This document shows, in pieces, positions 19,231-26,110 of a DNA stretch of 26,110 nt. Position 1 is the stretch's first letter. Every line of letters begins with the position of its first letter. Position numbers and translations under genes: made by a program. Origin of the DNA: an uncultured archaeon (GTDB taxonomy: Archaea > Aenigmatarchaeota > Aenigmatarchaeia > QMZP01 > JAFGSV01); the NCBI GenBank assembly GCA_964529545.1, contig CAZGWZ010000002.1, positions 1 to 26,110 on the forward strand. Direction: 5' to 3'. The notes under the pieces were generated by a model. The model was not told the DNA's origin and did not search any database. It saw only the letters and a list, made by a program, of their open reading frames with translations.

Positions 19231-20004
19231 ATGGCAAGGATTATAGGCATACTATCTGGAAAGGGCGGGGTGGGCAAGACGACCACCGTCGCAAACGTCG
19301 GGACAGCCCTCGCCTCGCAATACAAGAAGAACGTGATAATAGTCGACTGCAACATAACCACGTCCCATCTCAGCCTTTACCTTGGGATGTACTATTCGCC
19401 CGTGACGCTGAACCAGGTGCTGACGGGCAAGGCCAAGATACACGAGGCCATATACGACTACCACGTCCCGGGACTCCGGGTCATACCGGCATCTCTCTCC
19501 TTGAAGGACCTTCGTGGCGTGGACGTCTCAAGGCTGTCCAAGGTAGTAAAGAAGATAACCGACGAGGCGGACATAGTGCTCCTGGATGCAGCTCCCGGCA
19601 TGGGACGCGAGGCCATGTCGACGATGCGCGCAAGCGACGAGGTCCTCTTCATATCGACTCCTTTCGTTCCGTCCACGATGGACATAATAAAGTGCCATCA
19701 GGTCGCTCTCGAGGTAGGGACCAAGCCCCTCGGGATAGTGCTCAACATGGTCGGCAAGGAGAAGTACGAACTGTCCACCGAGGAGGTGGAGCAGCTGGCG
19801 GAACTCTCGGTCATACAGGAGATACCGATGGACAAGAACGTCCTTCGAAGCCTCGCCCTCAAGACGCCTGTAGTGTCCTTCGACCCGAACTCTCCCGCAA
19901 GCCGGGCGTTCCTGGAACTTGCCGGCAAGATAATAGGAGAGAAGTACGCGCCGGAGAACTTCTTCACGAGGTTTGCAAGGCTCTTCGGGATAGGAAAGAA
20001 GTAG
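19231..20004 (+). CDS. minD: MinD/ParA-family ATPase, archaeal MinD type
   Basis: Deviant Walker A GKGGVGKTT (19258-19284), VIIVDCN, IVLLDAAPG and a C-terminal amphipathic membrane-targeting helix FFTRFARLFGIGKK (19960-20001). Confidence 0.9.
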   Translation: MARIIGILSGKGGVGKTTTVANVGTALASQYKKNVIIVDCNITTSHLSLYLGMYYSPVTLNQVLTGKAKIHEAIYDYHVPGLRVIPASLSLKDLRGVDVSRLSKVVKKITDEADIVLLDAAPGMGREAMSTMRASDEVLFISTPFVPSTMDIIKCHQVALEVGTKPLGIVLNMVGKEKYELSTEEVEQLAELSVIQEIPMDKNVLRSLALKTPVVSFDPNSPASRAFLELAGKIIGEKYAPENFFTRFARLFGIGKK

Positions 20005-20040
20005 GCGCTTTATACGCTTAGCAATACGTTTCTAGCAATT

Positions 20041-20051
20041 CTATTTAAGCA
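20041..20051 (+). promoter_or_regulatory. Possible TATA element (TTTAAG at 20044-20049) for a near-leaderless transcript starting at about 20073
   Basis: AT-rich spacer; the element ends 23 nt upstream of ATG 20073 and there is no obvious SD. Confidence 0.35.
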
Positions 20052-20072
20052 CTATAACCAATTATAAGACAG

Positions 20073-20354
20073 ATGGGTATGTGGCTAGACATAGGATTGT
20101 CGGTATTCCTTGTTGCATCCGTGGTATTTCTAATCTATGAAATGAGGAAATTCAAGACGCTTCATTCGAAGAAGTACGAGCTTCCGACAGAAAAGATATG
20201 GGAAAAGTTCGTCGGCATCAGGCCGGAGGACATGGCAGACTCAGACCTCACCATGAAGGTCCAGAAGCTCGAGGGGAAGCTCGACCAGATACATAACGAT
20301 CTCGAGAAGCAGAGGAAGCTCACTTTGAAACTCATTGAGGAGCTTGGTAAGTGA
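20073..20354 (+). CDS. Small bitopic membrane protein with cytoplasmic coiled coil (93 aa)
   Basis: Hydrophobic MWLDIGLSVFLVASVVFLIY followed by RKFK. C-terminal heptads KVQKLEGKLDQIHNDLEKQ. The stop overlaps the next start (GTGATG). Confidence 0.8.
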   Translation: MGMWLDIGLSVFLVASVVFLIYEMRKFKTLHSKKYELPTEKIWEKFVGIRPEDMADSDLTMKVQKLEGKLDQIHNDLEKQRKLTLKLIEELGK

Positions 20355-22300
20355 TGTTTGGGAAGGGCAAAGGCGAAGAGGAGAAGATGCAGGAAGAAGA
20401 GAAGAAAAAGAAAGAGGAAGAAAAGAAGAAGATGGAAGAGGAAATGAAGAAGAAAGAGGAAGAAAAGAAGAAGCAGGAAGAGGCGCAGCCACCTGCTGAG
20501 ACGGCTCCTCCTGAGCCAGCCGCTGGTCCTGAATCCCATGGCGGCGGCCTTGAGGGACTCAAGAACATAAGCGAGTCACCTGCCAATGCTGAAGAGAAAC
20601 CGCCTGAAGAAACCGTCCCGAAGACCCCTCCGGAACCCTCTCCCGAGGAGACTGCTACTGAAGAGAAGCCCAAGAAGAAGGCAAGGAAGGAATCCGCGTC
20701 TGAGACCGAGAAGCTCAGGAAGCAGATAGAGACCCAGAAGGAGAGCCTTCGCGCGCTTGAGAAGGAGAAGGAGGATGCGATGAAGAAGGGCGATGAGCTC
20801 GCAAGCCTCATAGAGGACATATCGAGCGAGATGAAGGAAGCCAAGGCCGCGCCTGCAGCCCAGGCTGCACAGCCTGCCCCTCAGATGCCTGACATAACGC
20901 CAAAGCTCAAGGAAATAGAGGAGAAGACCACAAGCCAGATAAGCGCTCTGCAGGCGGCCATCGCGGAGATGGGCAAGAAGAAGGATGATGAGAAGAAGGA
21001 CGAGGAAGACGTCACTGCGACCATGAAGAAGATGTTTGACAAGAGGCTAAAGGAGCTATCAGACAAGCTCGAGGAGGCCAGCGCCAAGCCCGCTCCAGGG
21101 ACCGGTCAAGGCCAGGGCGGGGAGGTGTCCGGCGGCCTCAGCGCCATCGGCGGAGGCGTGGAGTTCAAGAAGGAAGTGGACAGCCTCAAGAAATCATTGA
21201 AGGACATGGCTACGCTGCTGGATGCTTTCAAGGAGGAGGCTGAGAACAGGTTCATGGCGATAGACCGGGAGATGCAGGTCGTCGAGAGGTTCCCGGAAAT
21301 GGAGCAGAAGATGGACCAGTTCGAGAAGAAGCTCGGGCCCGAGAACGTCCAGAGGCTCAGGCTCCTCATATCGAGCGCCGACGACCTAAAGGACGAGGTC
21401 ATACCGCTCGTCGTCAAGAGGGTTGTCGAGGACAAGGTCGAGCCGCATTCCAGGAAGGTAAAGGAGGTCCAGGACGAGAACAGGAAGAACAGGGAGAAGA
21501 TGCTTGAGATATCAGCGGAGCTGAAGGCTGACAGGAAGGACATAGAGAAGCTCTACAAGCTCGATGACAGGATATCAAAGCTCGAGGAGCTCACGAGCGG
21601 CTTCACCAAGCTCATAGCCGAGGTCAGGACGACGATGAAGGACCTCGACAAGAACCAGAGGATCGAGCTCTCGGAGAAGATGAAGGAGATGCTTCCAAAG
21701 ATGATAGAGACAGAGTCCAGCAACGTGAGAAAGGAGTTCGCGGCAAGGTTTGCATTCATGGAGGAGGCGCTGAAGTCTGCCGAGAACGTTGCTTCCGAGG
21801 CCCACAAGGACATAGCGGCGCTCTCCGCCATAAAGGGCGAGATGGACATGCTCGACGACAAGATGAACTCGCTCGACGAGGAGAAGGAGAAGCTCGAGAT
21901 GAAGATAGAAGGCCTCAGGTCGAAGGACAAGGACATAGAGGACAGGCTTGACGACATGCAGACTCCGAAGGAGATAATAACGGAGCTGGACAACAAGACC
22001 AAGGACATACTCGACATAAGGGAGTTCTTCGTGAGGCGAGCGAACCAGCTTGAGGAGAGGATAAACCAGCTGGACGAGAGGGCCGTCCCCACAAAGAAGC
22101 TCCACGAGAAGGTGGACAGCATATTTGCAAACCTTTCCGAGCTCCGCGAGAATTACAAGAAGCTCGACGAGAGGGTCACTGCAGAGAACAAGCAGTTCCA
22201 GACGCTCATAAAGGAGCATTCTGAGCAGAAGGCCAAGCTTGAGGACAAGCTCAAGGAGCAGAAGACGAGGATCTCGGTCCTTCTGAAGGAGTTCAAGTGA
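20351..22300 (+). CDS. Long coiled-coil protein with N-terminal E/K single-alpha-helix segment and Pro-rich disordered linker (648-649 aa)
   Basis: Start GTG 20351 or ATG 20354, coupled to the upstream stop. EEEKKKK-type repeats at 20375-20482; the remainder is E/K/L/I/M heptad-rich; no TM. Confidence 0.85.
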   Translation: MMFGKGKGEEEKMQEEEKKKKEEEKKKMEEEMKKKEEEKKKQEEAQPPAETAPPEPAAGPESHGGGLEGLKNISESPANAEEKPPEETVPKTPPEPSPEETATEEKPKKKARKESASETEKLRKQIETQKESLRALEKEKEDAMKKGDELASLIEDISSEMKEAKAAPAAQAAQPAPQMPDITPKLKEIEEKTTSQISALQAAIAEMGKKKDDEKKDEEDVTATMKKMFDKRLKELSDKLEEASAKPAPGTGQGQGGEVSGGLSAIGGGVEFKKEVDSLKKSLKDMATLLDAFKEEAENRFMAIDREMQVVERFPEMEQKMDQFEKKLGPENVQRLRLLISSADDLKDEVIPLVVKRVVEDKVEPHSRKVKEVQDENRKNREKMLEISAELKADRKDIEKLYKLDDRISKLEELTSGFTKLIAEVRTTMKDLDKNQRIELSEKMKEMLPKMIETESSNVRKEFAARFAFMEEALKSAENVASEAHKDIAALSAIKGEMDMLDDKMNSLDEEKEKLEMKIEGLRSKDKDIEDRLDDMQTPKEIITELDNKTKDILDIREFFVRRANQLEERINQLDERAVPTKKLHEKVDSIFANLSELRENYKKLDERVTAENKQFQTLIKEHSEQKAKLEDKLKEQKTRISVLLKEFK

Positions 22301-22304
22301 TAAA

Positions 22305-24434
22305 ATGGACGAGATAAGAGAGATAGAGACAGAGCTCAGGAGGCTCCGCGATGAGGCGGACCACCAGAAGACCAGGGCAGCGACCATATCAAAGGAGAAC
22401 AGGACGCTTGCAGGCAGGAACGAATACCTGACCAACAAGCTCAAGGAGGCATCATACGTATACGGCGAGGCAGGAAAGAGGCTCCTCTATTTCATAAACA
22501 ACCAGGTCAATCCGATAGTCGAGAGGCTCAACGCGCTCGAGGCCGCGGAGAAGAAGCTCAACGGAAGGGACAAGGTCCTGGGAGATTCCATGCTCTCAAC
22601 AGAGAAGGCAGTAAAGAACGACGTCGCGAAGACCGAGAAGATGATAACTTCCCTTAACAGGGGCCTTGAGGCCACGGAGCTGAAGCTCCAGCGGGCCATA
22701 AAGCTCTCTTCCAGGAAGGGTGAGAAGGGAGACGCCGCGCTCGATGCCAAGGTGTCAGCCCTGATAGCAGACCTCGAAGGAAAGATGCAGTCCCTAAGGG
22801 CAGCCGTCGACAAGAGCAGTACCGCAAAGGCTGCAGCGCTCTCCAGCAGCCTCGGCGCAAAGATGGAGCTCATAAAGGAAAGGAGCCTCATAATGGGCAA
22901 GGACATAGAGGAGCTCTACAAGTTCGAGAAGGACATAGAGGGGCTCGAGGGCAAGCTCCAGGCAGCCATATCCCACATAACCCAGATAAGGCTCGACATG
23001 GAGAAGCTCTCCCAGAGCATAAGAAACGACATGGCAGCCACGAAGACGACAATAGCAAACGACATCCAGTCGCTTTCCGCAGAGGCGGAGAAGCGGCTTC
23101 TTTCTCTTTCATCCGAGCTGAGCAAGACAGACGAGAAGATAATGGGAGACATGAAGCTCGAATTCCAGAAGAGCCAGAAGGCGCTTTCGGACCAGCTCGA
23201 CAAGGTAAGGGCCGACATGGCAGCTTTCGAGTCGTCCGCTGACGTCAGGATGAGAAAGGCAGAGGCAACGCTGAAGAGGATACAGGCGGATTTCAGCGCA
23301 GACGTCGAGAAGAGGATGAAGATGCTAGAGGCCGGCATACAGGGGAACGCAGAAACCAGCAGGGACATACAGAAGATGTGCGACACGAAGTTCGCCGAGA
23401 TAGTGAAGCGTGCGCATATAGACCATGACAATCTGACGCTTGCAGAGACCAAGATACTCGAGGAGCTCGAGGTTTTCAAGGACATGACCAAGAGGAAGGA
23501 GATGACCCTTGCGAACAGGCTGGAGAAGCTCTCCAAGTCGGTTGACGGCAAGCTCGAGAGAGCGAGCGCCGGCCTGGAGAAGCATGCCGACGCCATCGTA
23601 GGCAAGGTGAACACGGACCTTCTCACGAGCATAGGCTCCGTGCAGAAGGGCATGAGCCTCATGGGCAAGGACATACAGGCACTCAGGTCCCTCGGCACCG
23701 AGATGTCGGGTCTCGCTGACGAGCTTTCCAAGAGGAAGGAAGAGACCGCCGCGCTCTCGGCAAAGCTCGATTCCATGTCGCATGCAATAGCCGACAAGTC
23801 TGAGAAGGACGACATGAGGATAAAGGAGCACATGTCTTCCGTAGAGAACGACATAAAGACGAGGCTCGAGACCGCGGAGTCAAGGATAGTCAGGGAGAAC
23901 GTCAGGTCTTTTGCCGCCGCCCGCCAGACGCTGAAGAAGGACATACATGCTCTCAGGGAGGAGAATGCCGCCCTCAAGGCCGAGGTCAGGAACCTCCGCG
24001 GCATGATACCCGTTGTCAACGGAATGCAGAAGTCCATATCCGCGATAGACCACAAGGCCGAGGAGTCAAGGGCCACGGTCGAAAAGATTTCTTCAACCAT
24101 ATCTTCAGACATAGAGAAGGAGGCACTCAAGGTGAGCAAGGAGCTTGCCGGAATATCGGCAAAGCTCAAGGCCGACCTCAGGGACGTACTTGCGAGGGAG
24201 AAGGAGAGGTTCGCCGGCCAGAGCGCTGACATTTCCGCCAAGTACGACGTCATCGCAAGAACCGCGGGCGGCCTTTCCGGCCAGGTAACGTCGAACTCTG
24301 ATGCTGTCGTATTGAACAAGAAGAGGATATCGTCAGTCGATGCCAAGGTCGACAGGATACTCAACGAGATAGTCGGCCTGAAGAAACAGTACAAGGTCGA
24401 GATGGGCAAGCTTCTGAAAGAACTGGAGGGCTGA
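22305..24434 (+). CDS. Long coiled-coil protein (709 aa)
   Basis: Starts 4 nt after the previous stop. Almost entirely helical A/K/E/L/S/I composition; no TM or catalytic motif seen. Confidence 0.85.
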   Translation: MDEIREIETELRRLRDEADHQKTRAATISKENRTLAGRNEYLTNKLKEASYVYGEAGKRLLYFINNQVNPIVERLNALEAAEKKLNGRDKVLGDSMLSTEKAVKNDVAKTEKMITSLNRGLEATELKLQRAIKLSSRKGEKGDAALDAKVSALIADLEGKMQSLRAAVDKSSTAKAAALSSSLGAKMELIKERSLIMGKDIEELYKFEKDIEGLEGKLQAAISHITQIRLDMEKLSQSIRNDMAATKTTIANDIQSLSAEAEKRLLSLSSELSKTDEKIMGDMKLEFQKSQKALSDQLDKVRADMAAFESSADVRMRKAEATLKRIQADFSADVEKRMKMLEAGIQGNAETSRDIQKMCDTKFAEIVKRAHIDHDNLTLAETKILEELEVFKDMTKRKEMTLANRLEKLSKSVDGKLERASAGLEKHADAIVGKVNTDLLTSIGSVQKGMSLMGKDIQALRSLGTEMSGLADELSKRKEETAALSAKLDSMSHAIADKSEKDDMRIKEHMSSVENDIKTRLETAESRIVRENVRSFAAARQTLKKDIHALREENAALKAEVRNLRGMIPVVNGMQKSISAIDHKAEESRATVEKISSTISSDIEKEALKVSKELAGISAKLKADLRDVLAREKERFAGQSADISAKYDVIARTAGGLSGQVTSNSDAVVLNKKRISSVDAKVDRILNEIVGLKKQYKVEMGKLLKELEG

Positions 24435-24435
24435 C

Positions 24436-26110
24436 ATGGCTGATTTCAACAAGATCAGGACCGGCATAAGTGGCCTGAAGAAGGAGAGGGAGGAACTGAA
24501 GAGGAGTTACGAGTTCCTCTCGGCCGAGCTTGAGAAGGCCGTCAGCGGCAATGCCTCTGCCATAGGGAAGCTGACGGACAAGACGGCATCATTTTCTGCA
24601 GGCCTCGCCTCGCTCGAGGAGAGGATATCCAAGACAGACGGCATGCTTGGAAGCACCAGGGCGTCGCTCTCAGACGAGATATCCGCCATAGGAAGCAGGC
24701 TCGAAGCCCAGAAGAAGGCGCTTGCTGACATAGGGCAGATGCTACAGAAGACGAGCGATGTCGCCCAGGGCGCTGCAAAGGACGTAGCTGAGTCTGCCAG
24801 ATTCGACAAGGCTTTATCCAACACGCTGCAGGGCCTGAACTCAACGGTCAGCGCGATGTCAGAGAAGGTCGCTTCGATTGCAAAGTCCCTTGACGAGAGG
24901 ATAGAGGTCCTTGACAAGAAGTTCACCGCCGGGATAGGGATAATAAGGGACAACTCCGAAAGCCAGACGACTGTCATAAAGCAGCACGATGCATCGATGA
25001 ACAAGGTGCTCCTCTCGATACAGTCTCTCAAGAAGGACATCGCGGCGGTCAACGAGAGGGTGGCCCGCGTCAAGGAGAGCTCCTCGGGAAACGCGAAGAG
25101 GCTCGAGGCCATAGGAACGCTCGAGTCCAAGATAAAACACATCGAAGACGTCAAGTCCGGCCTCGTCAAGGGCGTCGAATCGCTCCGGGACATGAGGAAC
25201 CAGATGGCCGCAATCGCCCAGAAGACAAGGGACCTCGAGAAGAGGCTCACTGATGCTGACAAGCTGCTCGACACAAGGATAACCGAGAAGGTCGGCATGC
25301 TCGATACCCAGATAGCCGACAAGACCGGCGTCATCGAATCGCAGATGAAGGAGAGGCTCAAGTTCCTCGAGACGAACCTGGAGGAACAGGGAAGGACGTT
25401 CGAGGCCAGGATATCCGCGGACATGGAGGGTCTCGGAAGGAGCATGACGCGCGAGATAGCTGACTTAAAGAAGCTTCGCGAGAGCGTCAAGAAGGCCGAG
25501 ACGGAGATAGGCGCTCTCAAGGAGAATGCGACAGCCATAAAGTCATACGAGGATGAGAACAAGAAGGACATATCGGCGCTTGCCGCCAGGATGAACTCGG
25601 TTGACGACCTCTACGGCCGCGTCATCGAGATAGAGGAGGCAAAGGATGCGGTCATCAAGGGGATGGGCGTAGCTGACAACCTCGGAAAGGAACTGTCGCT
25701 TCTCTCTGAGCGGGTCAGGTCATTCCAGACCAAGGCCTCTTCAGACGTCTCGTCGCTCAGGACCGACACAAAGAAGAACGCCACCGGCATAGCTGACATG
25801 AGGCTTACGCTCACAGGCCTTAAGAAGGACGTCCAGCGGAGCATATCCGCGGACATGTCTTCAATGGGGGCCGTGCTGAAGAAGAACACGGCGGACATAT
25901 CCAGGATCAACGTCGACATGGCTGGGATAAAGAGCACCATAAACGAGAAGATACCCGGTGACGTCTCGAAGCTCGTGACCACTTCCAAGAGCAACTCGGA
26001 TTCCGTGTCCAGGATAAATCTTGAGCTGGCCGGAATGAGAGAGACCATAAAGAAGAGGATACCGGCAGACCTTTCAAGTCTTGTGGCGGAGTCGAAGAAG
26101 AATTCTGGTG
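24436..26110 (+). CDS. Long coiled-coil/helical-repeat protein, 3'-partial (>=558 aa), missing from the ORF track
   Basis: GGAGGG at 24425-24430 and ATG 24436, one nt after the previous TGA. I translated MADFNKIRTGISGLKKEREELKRSYEFLSAELEK... and found no stop before the window end. Confidence 0.88.
   Translation, partial: MADFNKIRTGISGLKKEREELKRSYEFLSAELEKAVSGNASAIGKLTDKTASFSAGLASLEERISKTDGMLGSTRASLSDEISAIGSRLEAQKKALADIGQMLQKTSDVAQGAAKDVAESARFDKALSNTLQGLNSTVSAMSEKVASIAKSLDERIEVLDKKFTAGIGIIRDNSESQTTVIKQHDASMNKVLLSIQSLKKDIAAVNERVARVKESSSGNAKRLEAIGTLESKIKHIEDVKSGLVKGVESLRDMRNQMAAIAQKTRDLEKRLTDADKLLDTRITEKVGMLDTQIADKTGVIESQMKERLKFLETNLEEQGRTFEARISADMEGLGRSMTREIADLKKLRESVKKAETEIGALKENATAIKSYEDENKKDISALAARMNSVDDLYGRVIEIEEAKDAVIKGMGVADNLGKELSLLSERVRSFQTKASSDVSSLRTDTKKNATGIADMRLTLTGLKKDVQRSISADMSSMGAVLKKNTADISRINVDMAGIKSTINEKIPGDVSKLVTTSKSNSDSVSRINLELAGMRETIKKRIPADLSSLVAESKKNSG
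25771..26110 (+). repeat. Tandem 36-aa (108-bp) coding repeat, 3 copies plus the start of a 4th
   Basis: KKNATGIADMRLTLTGLKKDVQRSISADMSSMGAVL / KKNTADISRINVDMAGIKSTINEKIPGDVSKLVTTS / KSNSDSVSRINLELAGMRETIKKRIPADLSSLVAES / KKNSG, starting at 25771, 25879, 25987 and 26095. Confidence 0.8.

Noticed and set aside
20391-20473. Near-pure polypurine tract (potential triplex DNA)
   Set aside because: Fully explained by Glu/Lys codons of the SAH segment.
22916-24409. 497-aa minus-strand ORF and other long antisense ORFs (e.g. 24507-25571, 21575-22444, 8973-9803, 9721-10365)
   Set aside because: They are shadows of + strand genes: S/F/L-rich mirror images of E/K codons, fully overlapping, with no RBS or recognisable motif.
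20351-26110. Coiled-coil proteins as SMC/Rad50 or methyl-accepting chemotaxis proteins
   Set aside because: No Walker A/B, signature motif, hinge, zinc hook or MCP hairpin-tip motif was seen.

Overview
Archaeal genomic DNA: GC-rich coding regions with short AT-rich spacers, frequent ATA/AGG codons, GGAGGT/GTGAT-type ribosome-binding sites and BRE-TATA-like promoters. The gene content suggests a DPANN-type lineage (inference). All credible genes lie on the + strand in two tightly packed clusters. Cluster 1 (<3-18326) has three genes. (i) A 5'-truncated giant (>3257 aa) surface protein rich in N-glycosylation sequons, whose single C-terminal membrane span is followed by a cytoplasmic HerA/FtsK/VirB4-superfamily ATPase. 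(ii) A 740-aa acidic/coiled-coil protein with three SHOCT-like units. (iii) A second giant (~2099 aa) membrane-anchored glycoprotein with a related stalk and a SHOCT-like cytoplasmic tail. Cluster 2 follows a short regulatory spacer and an unknown 222-aa gene. It contains a MinD-type ATPase, a small bitopic coiled-coil protein and three long coiled-coil proteins; the last is 3'-truncated, absent from the ORF track and ends in 36-aa repeats. Shared short motifs (KNISESPANAEEK, SHOCT-like helices, KDIExLYK, a common C-terminal cap) cross-link the genes. My best hypothesis is an uncharacterised trans-envelope machine: giant surface stalks, an in-line ring ATPase and a MinD-positioned coiled-coil scaffold, possibly for cell-cell or host contact and macromolecule transfer. 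I saw no rRNA, tRNA, CRISPR array or mobile element.
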